From positions 704,001-768,000 of the forward strand of contig CBDEFO010000008.1 in assembly GCA_965237525.1 (NCBI GenBank): a DNA stretch of 64,000 nucleotides, written 5' to 3'. The notes beneath the pieces were generated by a model. The model did not search any database. It was given only the letters and a program-made list of their open reading frames with translations, and was not told the origin of the DNA. The position numbers were made by a program, and so were the translations under genes. Every line of letters begins with the position of its first letter. The stretch's first letter is position 1. Positions 17,360 through 26,933 of this stretch are shown here, piece after piece. This stretch comes from Candidatus Latescibacterota bacterium (lineage in GTDB: Bacteria; Latescibacterota; CBDEFO01).

Positions 17360-20167
17360 CTATTCTTGAACACCAGCGTACATTGTCACAAAGACGAAAC
17401 TATCGGTCTGTGATTTTCTGTCCTCTTCAAATCTTTCAAGGGATTTTCTGTCAACTCTAATACCGAGCTGGGTGATCAGCCGGTAGCCTAGATAGTCCCC
17501 GATATTGGTCAACTGCGCCGCCAATACAGTATCGAAGAAATCTCCCGTGGGCTCACCTACCTCGAAATTACCTTTAATAACATTCCCTTCATCATCCACG
17601 ACTTTTAACGTCTCATCGAGGAGCATATCCTGGGAAAAGAGCTGTTCGAGTCCTATTTCGATGTTAGTTTTCCTGAGGGCCGGAAACTCGAAAACCAGGG
17701 AGAATATGCCCGACCATTCGTCTCGCTCTGCCCTATCGAGGGAGTAAGGAGTGTTATCCTTTAAAAGTGCGCTTTTGAACTTCGGACGGATCCTCACGTT
17801 ACCGATCTTATGGACATAATCGACCTTGTTGACGATGCCCAAAAGTCGTGTGTTCTCCTTGAACCCCGTGATGCTTTCGTCTTGGCGCTGGTCTAATATG
17901 TCGTATTTGAACTTGTTGACAAGGTTTATTCCCCAGTCGGTCGAACGGTCAAAGCCGAACCAAGCCGTATTTATCCAGGTATCCTGAGCCGACAGCGGGT
18001 CAGGTACGAATTGATTCACCCCGACCGATCCAGCGGGCTGTATCCACTGGAAGAGATCGTCTTGGATGTTGTCTTTGACCTTCTTGACCATATCGAAAAA
18101 CCGTAATCTACCGATCTTTGCGTATTCCCTTTCGAATGTGAAAAACGCGTACGTGGTCAGGTTTTTTCTGTCGTCAGATATGAGAAATTCGCGCTCCTGT
18201 CCCACCGTCAGACTCATCTCTGGCGTTATGTGGCTTCCAAGGTAGACGTTGTATCCCTTTCGATCCTTTTTGTAGGGATAGTCGGGTTCGTTGTCGTTTT
18301 CAAATCTGTCTATCCATCCGTTATTATTCAGGTCCATCCCAAAGAGGAATTCAGGGCGGTCTACGCCGTATCTCAGGAACGGCTCATCGTAGTCGGGAAT
18401 CGTATTTTCCCGGAATGGGGTGCTGTTTTGATTGAAGTCGGATATAAAGTCGTTGTTTTCGTCCCATCCGGGGAAGACCGCGTCATCAGCAGCCCCATCG
18501 AAAGTACTTCCTTCAGTCCCTCTTTCAGACGAGGTCCTGTAGTCCTGGAACCTTCTTTCTTGGTCGGGCTTCTGGTCCTGGTCATCGTTGTCGTCCACAA
18601 AGTCGTAGATGCTCCTGGTTTCGTCCTCGTAGTCTATTCTGCCAAACTGATCCACCATGAAGGGGCTCGTGTTATAGCTGTCATCCATATAGAAGCCCTC
18701 TGCGAAGAAGTGCCACGGATAGGAGATCTTCGACAGGTTCATCATCCACGCTTCGGATGCCTCATCGCCGACGATGCCTGAGGAGGCATCGTGCGTCTCC
18801 AGACGGAGGTTGGGATATTGCCTGAAACGGTGGTTTATGTCGAACTCGGTGTAGAGATTAAATCCCATAAGGTCCTTTACTTCCAGGGTGAAGCCATAGA
18901 CCTGGTTGGCTGTGGGAAGACCGTAGTCGAAGCCGACCTCCTTCTTGTTTGAGGCGTCCTTTACGTTTCCCTTGGCCTGCGTGACCAGAACGAAGATCGG
19001 CTGTCCCTCCCTATTTGTCTGTCTGTCTGATGTCATCTCAACTTTGTAGTCATTTGCCAGAGTGAATCTGAATCTGACCTTTTCGATGCTGTTTACGACG
19101 TCTATATCGCCTACTATTTCCACCAAATCGGACAGGTCGTACCTGAGTGTTATCGTTTCGGTTCCATCTGCCACTATAGCTCCTTCTTTCAGGATGCCGC
19201 CTTCCATGTTGGGCCTGAAGCCTACAGCGTTTCCAGATAGAACTGTGTCCCTCTCTCCGATCTTGGTCGTTATCTCCACGTCGTCTGAAAGGAGGACGGC
19301 ACCTCCTGTGTTGTCCGCTGGAGAGGCGTCGCTCAGCCGGATGGTTATGGTGTTGATCTTGTCCTGCAACTGGCCTGTGGTAAGGGCCCCCTTATACGGA
19401 TTTCCCGTAAAGCTTTCCAGGTTGCCTCTCCCGGTGTGGGCATTAACGATTGTGCCTCCCACCGTCACGAAATCCCCGATATTGACCTTTGCCCTGCCCC
19501 CTATCAGATTGGTGTAGTCATTGGTGACGGAGCTAACCGCGCCTGCTATTGGGATGCCCGGAGCGCTGATTCTGGACAGCAGGACGGTCGCCGAGTAATT
19601 ATCTGACATAAAATCGGCCTGAGCGCCGTTGAAGGTGGACTTTCTAAACGTCATCGGCGTTAGGGTCGTACGTATCTCGTCCCCTACGGTGATAGAGTAG
19701 GAATATTGTCCCTTCTGGTCTGCGGCTATTACAAGTGAACTGAAGAAGCTGCCGTACTGTCCCGTTTTGAGGATACTGCTGCCCTCAGATGACCTGGGGC
19801 GCTCCTCCTTCCAATTATAGATCAGCCATCCCTTGGTTATGAAGTTACCGTAGAGGTCGTAAAAGTAGTCTCCCTCATTTATAGGATCATTATAACGTTT
19901 GTAGCGATCCCTGCCGTAGTTGGTGTAATCCCACGTCTGCCACTGATACTCCTGATATAGCTCCTGCGGAAGGTACCATTTTTTGACCACAGGGTCTATA
20001 GTGCCTAAAAGTGTCCCCGGCCCTTGAGGTCGAAAGGCCACCTTGTCTCCCTCTCTTTGTCCCAAGCGGCTTCCGTAGTCCTCCTGGGGAAGGGCGCTCT
20101 CCCAGGAGAGGGCAAGCAAAAGGAGAAAAATTATTGCACTCGGTAATATAGTGCGATTCTTTAACAT
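17360..20167 (-). CDS. Large secreted/outer-membrane protein of unknown function (paralogue 1)
   Basis: Likely start MLKNRT at 20167 with RBS and signal peptide. Acidic DxNDDxD/DxNNxxxxD repeats and an amphipathic beta-strand-like C-terminal third. Paralogue of 20238..23030. Confidence 0.8.
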   Translation of the reverse strand: MLKNRTILPSAIIFLLLLALSWESALPQEDYGSRLGQREGDKVAFRPQGPGTLLGTIDPVVKKWYLPQELYQEYQWQTWDYTNYGRDRYKRYNDPINEGDYFYDLYGNFITKGWLIYNWKEERPRSSEGSSILKTGQYGSFFSSLVIAADQKGQYSYSITVGDEIRTTLTPMTFRKSTFNGAQADFMSDNYSATVLLSRISAPGIPIAGAVSSVTNDYTNLIGGRAKVNIGDFVTVGGTIVNAHTGRGNLESFTGNPYKGALTTGQLQDKINTITIRLSDASPADNTGGAVLLSDDVEITTKIGERDTVLSGNAVGFRPNMEGGILKEGAIVADGTETITLRYDLSDLVEIVGDIDVVNSIEKVRFRFTLANDYKVEMTSDRQTNREGQPIFVLVTQAKGNVKDASNKKEVGFDYGLPTANQVYGFTLEVKDLMGFNLYTEFDINHRFRQYPNLRLETHDASSGIVGDEASEAWMMNLSKISYPWHFFAEGFYMDDSYNTSPFMVDQFGRIDYEDETRSIYDFVDDNDDQDQKPDQERRFQDYRTSSERGTEGSTFDGAADDAVFPGWDENNDFISDFNQNSTPFRENTIPDYDEPFLRYGVDRPEFLFGMDLNNNGWIDRFENDNEPDYPYKKDRKGYNVYLGSHITPEMSLTVGQEREFLISDDRKNLTTYAFFTFEREYAKIGRLRFFDMVKKVKDNIQDDLFQWIQPAGSVGVNQFVPDPLSAQDTWINTAWFGFDRSTDWGINLVNKFKYDILDQRQDESITGFKENTRLLGIVNKVDYVHKIGNVRIRPKFKSALLKDNTPYSLDRAERDEWSGIFSLVFEFPALRKTNIEIGLEQLFSQDMLLDETLKVVDDEGNVIKGNFEVGEPTGDFFDTVLAAQLTNIGDYLGYRLITQLGIRVDRKSLERFEEDRKSQTDSFVFVTMYAGVQE

Positions 20168-20237
20168 CGATCTCCTCCTCTTTCTATCTCTGTGGTGTAG
20201 CCATAGTCTTAACACAAAAAGCCACAAAGCCCCATGT

Positions 20238-23030
20238 TCACTGCTGCACTCCAGCGTAGAAGATCATAAAAGTGGTGCTGCTCGTTTCCACCTCGTTTTT
20301 CTTTTCGATCTCCAAATCGGTCGCTTTGATCGTCTCGATGGATGTCCTTGAGAATTTGAAACCTGTCTGCAGGATAAGATTATATCCTAAATAATCTGTT
20401 AACGTTTCCCACTGTATCGCAAAGACGGACTCGGTAAAGTCGCCAGTGGGACCTAAAATCGCCTTTTCTAGCAGGTCGTCTTCATCTGCCCTCAATTCGG
20501 TAAAGTGCAGAAATTCCGCGCCCAGCTCTATTGACGTCTCCCTAAGCATAGGGAACTTCAAGATCAAGGAGGGCATCTTTGCCCACTCTCGCCTTCTGTC
20601 GTCACGTTCTAAAAATGGCGTCTGTCTCAAGAATTCGCTCTTGAATCTGGGCCGGATAACAAGATCGCCAATTCGGTAGGTATAATCCGCTTTGTTTATG
20701 AGCCCGAAGAAGGACGAATCGTCGTTTAAGGGGCTCCTGTCCACAGCCCTCGGATCGTCAGATCGCTGGGTGAAGCTCTCATATTTGATCTTGTTGATTA
20801 TGTTCACATTAGGGATCCTGGTGTAGTCTAACCCGGTCCAGAACGTGTTTATCCAGGTGTCTTGAGCCGGTAAGATGTCCGCGACTATGCCCGGGGTCTC
20901 AGCCTGCAAGAATAGCTGTGGCCCGAAGCGGTTACCGGGGATGCTATCTTTGGTTCTCTTTAACATTTCGAAGATTCTGAGCCTCCCCAAGCGCGGGTAG
21001 TTCTTTTCTAATGTAAAGAGCCCGTAAGTGGTTATATTCTTCTTTTCGGACGATATGAGCTCTTCGCGAAGCTGACCCACGGAAAGCCTTACATCGGGGA
21101 CTATATGCGCTCCGATGTAGGCGTTATATCCGCGGTGGTCCCTTTGATAGGGGAAATCGGGCTCAGCATCGTTTTCGAACCTGTCAATCGTGGTGTTGTT
21201 GTCCAGATCAATGCCAAAGAGGAACTCCGGACGGTCTACCCCGTATCTTAGGAACGGCTCCTCGTAGTCGGGTATGCGGTTGGTGACCGCTCTGTTGTCG
21301 TTTTGATTGAAGTCGGATATAAAGTCGTTGTTTTCATCCCAGCCGGGGAAGACGGACGGATCAGGGCCCCCGTGGTTGGCGCGGATCCAGTCGGGGGTCC
21401 TATCCTGGTCGTCGTTATCGTCCACAAACTCGTACAGAGAGTTTCCCGGGTTATCGTAGGTGATTCCCCCTTGTGAATTAACTATGAAAGGGCTGGTAGA
21501 ATAGTCGGGATCCATAGTAAATGCCTCCCCAAGGAAGAACCACGGATAGGAGCGGTATGAGAGATTTACCATCCCCGCCTCCGATCTTGAGGAGGTGACC
21601 TCAAAGTTCTCTTCCTCGGTAAAGAGGGCAAAGTTGGGGTACTGTCTGAATCTGTGGTTGATGTCGAACTCCGCATAGAGGTCGAAGTCCTTAACATCCT
21701 TTACCTCCAGGGTGAAGCCGTATATTTGATTGGCCGTCGGCAGTCCGTAGTCGAAGACGACCCTCTGCCGGTTAGAGCTGTCCTTTATGTTGTCCTCTGC
21801 CCTCATAATATCTAAGAGTGCGGGGTTTGTTTCATCTATGATCTCTCCACTTAAGGGAGGAATCGGCGCTCTACTTCCTCCTGTCTGCCTGTTTGACCAT
21901 ACCTGGACTTTAAAGTCGTTGGCTAAGACCATGTCAAATGTCACCTTTACTATCTCAGTCGGACTCGGTCCGGTATATGACGGGTCTGTGAAATCGTAGT
22001 TGATCACTATCCTTTCTAATCCGTCCGCAGCCAAAAAGCCCTCCTCTGGAAAGCCGCCCAATATAATCGGCCATCTGGTAGGGTCATTTGTGAGATCTTC
22101 CAGCCTTAAAGTGTGGCGTCTTCCGGTTTGGAAATCTTGGCGGACTATGGTTATATCGTGATCAAAGAGGGCCGACCCTCCCACGCCGTCTTCGGGAGAA
22201 TCGTCGCTCAAGACAACAGCGATAGCCGTAATCCCCGGCTGGGCAGCCTGGTCTTCGCCGAGGGTGCCCTTAAAGCTGTTGCCGCTGAAGGCGTCCACGG
22301 TGCTCCGCGCGTTGTGAGCGTTGATAAAGGTCGCTCCGACTTTGACAAAATCTCCCACCTGAGCTGTCGCCCTGCCTCCGATCAAATTTGTACTATTAGT
22401 CCGCGTTCTTGGTGTCGTACCGCTTGAGCCGACTACAGGGCTGCTGATCCGTGAAAGTAAAACGGTAGCCTCATACCTATCCGACGCAAGGTCCAACTGT
22501 ATCCCGTTGTAGCGGGGCTTTGAAAAGGTCAGAGGGGTTAAAGTAGTCCTGATCCGGTCGCCTACGGTTATAGAGTAGTAGTGGGACCCTTTCGAGTCGG
22601 AGGAGACCAGGACGCTGCTGAACCATGTATTGTACCTTGTATCCTTGAAAAGGGAACTTCCAAGGGGAGCTGGCGCCTCCTGCCTCCAGTCATAGATGAG
22701 CCAGCCCTTTGTCACATAGTTCCCATAGAGATCGTAAAAGTAGTCGCCCTCAAGTGCGATGTCCACGTAGCGCTCGTAGGGGTCCCTGGCATAATTGGAG
22801 TACTCCCACGATTTCCACTGGTACTCCTGGTAGAGCTCCTGAGGGACGTACCATTTTTTAACCACAGGATCTAGCGGTCCGAAGAGCACCCCTGGGCCTC
22901 TGGGTTCGAATGTGACTGCGCCGCCCCGTCTTTCTCCTGTACGGACACCGTACTGCTGAGCGTAGGCGCGATCGCTAAAAATCACAGCTAAAAGGAGAAA
23001 AATCACTAAGATCTTATAGTTTTTTAACAT
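20238..23030 (-). CDS. Large secreted/outer-membrane protein of unknown function (paralogue 2)
   Basis: 930 aa with signal peptide (AYA-QQ). Shares DPVVKKWYxPQELYQEYQW, FPGWDENNDFISDFNQN and EPFLRYGVDRPEFLFG with 17360..20167. Confidence 0.8.
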   Translation of the reverse strand: MLKNYKILVIFLLLAVIFSDRAYAQQYGVRTGERRGGAVTFEPRGPGVLFGPLDPVVKKWYVPQELYQEYQWKSWEYSNYARDPYERYVDIALEGDYFYDLYGNYVTKGWLIYDWRQEAPAPLGSSLFKDTRYNTWFSSVLVSSDSKGSHYYSITVGDRIRTTLTPLTFSKPRYNGIQLDLASDRYEATVLLSRISSPVVGSSGTTPRTRTNSTNLIGGRATAQVGDFVKVGATFINAHNARSTVDAFSGNSFKGTLGEDQAAQPGITAIAVVLSDDSPEDGVGGSALFDHDITIVRQDFQTGRRHTLRLEDLTNDPTRWPIILGGFPEEGFLAADGLERIVINYDFTDPSYTGPSPTEIVKVTFDMVLANDFKVQVWSNRQTGGSRAPIPPLSGEIIDETNPALLDIMRAEDNIKDSSNRQRVVFDYGLPTANQIYGFTLEVKDVKDFDLYAEFDINHRFRQYPNFALFTEEENFEVTSSRSEAGMVNLSYRSYPWFFLGEAFTMDPDYSTSPFIVNSQGGITYDNPGNSLYEFVDDNDDQDRTPDWIRANHGGPDPSVFPGWDENNDFISDFNQNDNRAVTNRIPDYEEPFLRYGVDRPEFLFGIDLDNNTTIDRFENDAEPDFPYQRDHRGYNAYIGAHIVPDVRLSVGQLREELISSEKKNITTYGLFTLEKNYPRLGRLRIFEMLKRTKDSIPGNRFGPQLFLQAETPGIVADILPAQDTWINTFWTGLDYTRIPNVNIINKIKYESFTQRSDDPRAVDRSPLNDDSSFFGLINKADYTYRIGDLVIRPRFKSEFLRQTPFLERDDRRREWAKMPSLILKFPMLRETSIELGAEFLHFTELRADEDDLLEKAILGPTGDFTESVFAIQWETLTDYLGYNLILQTGFKFSRTSIETIKATDLEIEKKNEVETSSTTFMIFYAGVQQ

Positions 23031-23099
23031 TAGGTTACCCCCCTTCCAAAGTGGTAGACGGTAGGTAGTAGACAGATCGTCTTTGCCCCTTCCTATCTA

Positions 23100-25313
23100 C
23101 TAATATACTATCGCTACAGTTCCGCTTGCTCCTTCGTTATCTGCGTCGGCATCTATCTCTACCCTGAAGATATATATCCCCGGCGGCAGTAGATTCCCAT
23201 CTTTATCTCTCCCATCCCATCTCAATTGTTCACGATTCAGACTGGAGTAACTTCCGCTCGCGTCACTACCTGAGTATAACTCTTTGAGGAGCCTCCCCGA
23301 AAGGTCGTAGACACCTACCGTAACCTTCCCCTTGCTAGTTAAGCTTGTAATATCGTAGTTTACGTCTGTAAAGTCGTTGATACCATCCCCGTTTGGCGTG
23401 AAAGGATTCGGAACTGCCTGGACGTTAATCAGAAGATCATCTTCTATCGCGACCTGCACCACAAGGTTTGCCTGGTTCCTCAGAAGGGCTACATCAAGTT
23501 CTTCCTTGCTCAGGTCGACCACGTTTGCCCCTATCACCTCCTGAGGGAGTTCGAGGTCTCCAGTGAGGCTGTTTAACGCCTTGCCTGTGAACGCCGTCCC
23601 GATTCTCAGCACGACGCCCTTGAAGGTCACATTTACGGTTGTCATCTCCCGTGTCTCTACATTGCTGTTTTCAACCTTGGGGAAGCTGATCCTGAAGCGA
23701 TCTTCCTCCACAAAGTCTATGCTAAAATTTCCACGCCTTACGGGCAAATTGATAAGGTCTGCATCGGAAAATTCCTCAGAGACCCTTGTTCTATCCGGAA
23801 AGGTCATCTCTATCTTGTCAATAGATGTCACCCTGACAGGGGTCGTGATCTCAAAGGAGTTGAACCCTTTGTCAAATCCCGGCCGTATATTGGGCAAGAT
23901 CCAATATGAAAACTCTGTGATTTCACCTAAATCTACCTGTCGGGGGGATATTTCAGCTAATATCTCCTCTGCCAGGGGCGGGCTGGAAAAGTCAAAGGAT
24001 AGTGTGCCGATGCCCCTTGACGCAAAGAGTTCGTCGTTTGAAAAGTCTATCTTAACCTGGAAGAACCGACGTGACCCCGGAGAGAGAATCCTGACGCCCC
24101 CTTCCCCTGCTGCCACCTCCACCGATGTCACTATCCCAGCGGAAGAATAGGGCGGCGTCCAAAGACTCCAGTTTTCTATGTCGTCCCTTACCGAACCCTT
24201 CTTGGTTGATGGTAGGCTCTTGTGGTCAGACCGGGCAAGTGATATACTGTTCCTCTCCTCCGGAGTCAATCCGCTGAACGTAAGCATAGCCTCCCTCACA
24301 CTCAGATCGGGGCTGTCGAGCTCTGCTACTATCTCCCTTTCCCTTGAACCCTCGAGGTCTCCTTCCCTTTTCCACGGCACTTCTGCAAGGTCGTCTCTGA
24401 TTCGATTGAACACCACAGGGGTGTCGTCTATTCCGCTCCTTGTCCTTATCGCAGCGCCGGAGAAGACAGCATCGCCTATTATATCCTCCTCCCAGCGTAT
24501 GTTGCCCCAGAGGGCTAACCCCTCCCCTAAATCGAATATGTCAGATTGATACTCCGCAACAGGCACGAACCCCACTCCGAAGACCTGGAACTCCGATATT
24601 TCAAAACCGACGGTCGTCTGCGACCTGATCCTGATAAAGCGAATATACTGAGGGACTATCGACAGATCCACCACAGCTTGATCGTTTTGCTGCTCAAGCA
24701 GGAAGCTCGTAAATGTCGGTCTGCCACCGCTCTGGGTTTCTTCGCTGCCATCGTTGAAAAAGATCTCATATGCTCTTATAAAATCGTCCTGAAACGGAAA
24801 GTCGGATGCAGCAAAGTCAGGATCGGCGTTTCTGGGGAAAAACTTCAGCCTACCCACACCGAACCGCGATCCTAAATCGAACGTCACTATTACCCCAAAA
24901 GTGAAGACCGTCTTTAGCTCAGTACTTTTCCTTTCAAAGGCGGTTTCGGCGTTGTTGTCTATCATTTGTATCAAATCGCCCTCGGTGGTGTCAAACAGGT
25001 TGTCTTCTATCGAACCTCCCCTGTCGATGAGCCCTAAGGCGATATTTTTCGTCGGTTCCGCTTTTTCGGGAAATACCCAGGCTATTCTGTCCTCGAAATT
25101 AAAATCAATGACTCCGCCCGGCGTGTTTCCGAGTTCAACTTCCTTGGGACCCACTATAAAGACGGGTGTGATGCCTCCGCCACCTTCTTCCCACGATTTT
25201 CCCTCATCTCCGCCGAGGATGATTATTTCCTTTGCTTGGACATCGCCGATTAACAAAGAAAGATAGATCAAACCAGCCAGAGGAAGTAGTAGCATTTCTC
25301 TTTTAATTCCCAT
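23100..25313 (-). CDS. Secreted FlgD-Ig/CHU_C-like C-terminal-domain protein, third subtype (first gene of the cluster)
   Basis: Signal peptide, IRTRSGIDD...WSLWTPPY...SPGSRRFFQ module, C-terminal PNPFTPNGDGIND...WDGRDKDGNLLPPGIY. Confidence 0.85.
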   Translation of the reverse strand: MGIKREMLLLPLAGLIYLSLLIGDVQAKEIIILGGDEGKSWEEGGGGITPVFIVGPKEVELGNTPGGVIDFNFEDRIAWVFPEKAEPTKNIALGLIDRGGSIEDNLFDTTEGDLIQMIDNNAETAFERKSTELKTVFTFGVIVTFDLGSRFGVGRLKFFPRNADPDFAASDFPFQDDFIRAYEIFFNDGSEETQSGGRPTFTSFLLEQQNDQAVVDLSIVPQYIRFIRIRSQTTVGFEISEFQVFGVGFVPVAEYQSDIFDLGEGLALWGNIRWEEDIIGDAVFSGAAIRTRSGIDDTPVVFNRIRDDLAEVPWKREGDLEGSREREIVAELDSPDLSVREAMLTFSGLTPEERNSISLARSDHKSLPSTKKGSVRDDIENWSLWTPPYSSAGIVTSVEVAAGEGGVRILSPGSRRFFQVKIDFSNDELFASRGIGTLSFDFSSPPLAEEILAEISPRQVDLGEITEFSYWILPNIRPGFDKGFNSFEITTPVRVTSIDKIEMTFPDRTRVSEEFSDADLINLPVRRGNFSIDFVEEDRFRISFPKVENSNVETREMTTVNVTFKGVVLRIGTAFTGKALNSLTGDLELPQEVIGANVVDLSKEELDVALLRNQANLVVQVAIEDDLLINVQAVPNPFTPNGDGINDFTDVNYDITSLTSKGKVTVGVYDLSGRLLKELYSGSDASGSYSSLNREQLRWDGRDKDGNLLPPGIYIFRVEIDADADNEGASGTVAIVY

Positions 25314-25383
25314 CCAAATCGCCTCCTATAAGTCATCGACGCTATCAAATTCCAGCCAAACATTATTGTAACTTAGGGTTTAA

Positions 25384-26902
25384 AAGCCTTGTGAAAAACC
25401 CTTAGATTCAGAAAGTAGTATAAAACAAGCATTGATAAAGCAGCTCCGATGTATTATATTATGTTATTGATAATATTATACATGGAGGAAACAATGACCC
25501 CACAAAAGCAGGAACAGACAAATCCGATGTTTCACTATTTTCAGATGGAGGATTTAGTTCCCGAGGATCATATCCTTCGTCAGATTGATGAGGCAGTTGA
25601 TTTTTCATTTGTACGAGACGTTGTATCAGATTGTTATTGCCCTGACAATGGCAGACCCGGTATTGATCCTGAATTAGTTGTTCGAATGATCCTTATTGGC
25701 TATCTGTATAATTTGAGTGAGAATCGGCTCTGTCAGGAAGTGGGGATGCATGCGGCATATCGGTTGTTTTGTCATCAGACATTTGATGATGCGGTTCCGG
25801 ATAGGAGCACGATCAACAAGCTTCGCAATCACAAGTGGGCATCCAGTGGGTTGTTTGAACGGATAATGCGTCAGGTAGTCCAGTGTTGCATAGATGTCGG
25901 TCTTGTGAGCGGTAAACACCTTAGTGTCGACGGCACTCAGATACAAGCTGATGCTTCAGTGAAAAGTATTGAGCCGATAGAACCCCCTGTTTCTCTTGAT
26001 GATTATCTCAAGGGAATCGGTTTTGAAGGTGATAAGACAAAGGGTAGGTCCGGGCATCCTCAGGATAAAGACTTTCATGGTGAAAAGTGGACGAACCAAA
26101 CACACCGTTCGACTACAGACCCCGACGCGCGCTTATACAGCAAATCGAAGGGCAAAGGGGCTTTTCTCTCGTTTATGGGCCATGATCTGATCGACACAAA
26201 AAGCAGAGTAATCCTTGAGACTCAGGGCACGCAGGCGACAGGGACAGCAGAGCCCGAAAGTGCCCTTAAGATGGTAGATGACCTTGAAACATACACCATG
26301 CCCAAAGACATTCAGACACTTAGTGCCGATACCGGTTACGGTTCTGGTAATTTTATCGCTGATGTACTTGACCGGGGAATCATACCCCATATTCCTCTGC
26401 GAGCCGATGAGAAGATTGAACCGATTCCTACATGGAAAAACAAGACAAATTCAGCACATATTCAGGCCGAACGGGATAGAAAAGTGCGAGAGGCGAAAGC
26501 CAGAAATCATGCACGGTCTATCTCATTAACAGCTGACTACAAACTCTCCCAGAGACTCCGTAAACGCAGTGAACATATCTTTGCTGAAGCCAGGCAACAA
26601 CACGGTATGGGACGAGCCCGTTATAGAGGACCAGCCTCACTGAATGAACAGTTGAATCTTGTTGCAACAGTACAGAATCTCAAGAGGCTTGTATCTTTCA
26701 TAAGAAGGGGGAAAGCGTCTATGTGTGCCCTGTCTGTCAAAGACAGTGCATCCTGTTCTTCAAACAGCTCCTATTCCTTGCTGACCAGAACTCTGATAAG
26801 ACTATTTTGCTTATTCCACAGCAAAACGATACGATATGCTACCCTTTGACCCATAATCGGCGCTTCAGACGCTGCCTGGGACATAACTATTTCACAAGGC
26901 CT
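25384..26902 (+). mobile_element. IS1182-family-like insertion sequence, 1519 bp
   Basis: Terminal IRs AAGCCTTGTGAAA / TTTCACAAGGCCT, flanked by a TTAA direct repeat (25380-25383, 26903-26906). Encodes one transposase. Confidence 0.85.
25449..26849 (+). CDS. DDE transposase, IS1182/IS5 group
   Basis: EDLVPEDHILRQID, GRPGIDPE, VDGTQIQADAS, STTDPDARL, ADTGYGSG, RKRSEHIFAE...RARYRG. True start is probably ATG 25494. Confidence 0.9.
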   Translation: MYYIMLLIILYMEETMTPQKQEQTNPMFHYFQMEDLVPEDHILRQIDEAVDFSFVRDVVSDCYCPDNGRPGIDPELVVRMILIGYLYNLSENRLCQEVGMHAAYRLFCHQTFDDAVPDRSTINKLRNHKWASSGLFERIMRQVVQCCIDVGLVSGKHLSVDGTQIQADASVKSIEPIEPPVSLDDYLKGIGFEGDKTKGRSGHPQDKDFHGEKWTNQTHRSTTDPDARLYSKSKGKGAFLSFMGHDLIDTKSRVILETQGTQATGTAEPESALKMVDDLETYTMPKDIQTLSADTGYGSGNFIADVLDRGIIPHIPLRADEKIEPIPTWKNKTNSAHIQAERDRKVREAKARNHARSISLTADYKLSQRLRKRSEHIFAEARQQHGMGRARYRGPASLNEQLNLVATVQNLKRLVSFIRRGKASMCALSVKDSASCSSNSSYSLLTRTLIRLFCLFHSKTIRYATL

Positions 26903-26904
26903 TT

Positions 26905-26933
26905 AAGTTACAACAATGTTGTCCTCATGTCAA
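26905..26933 (-). promoter_or_regulatory. Putative sigma70 promoter of the FlgD-protein cluster, displaced by the IS
   Basis: Minus strand TTGACA-N17-TAACTT, overlapping one arm of the palindromic IS target site. Confidence 0.45.

Noticed and set aside
3931..25313. FlgD-like domains as flagellar hook-capping genes
   Set aside because: Only the C-terminal Ig-like domain is similar. The proteins have Sec signal peptides and no flagellar genes are nearby.
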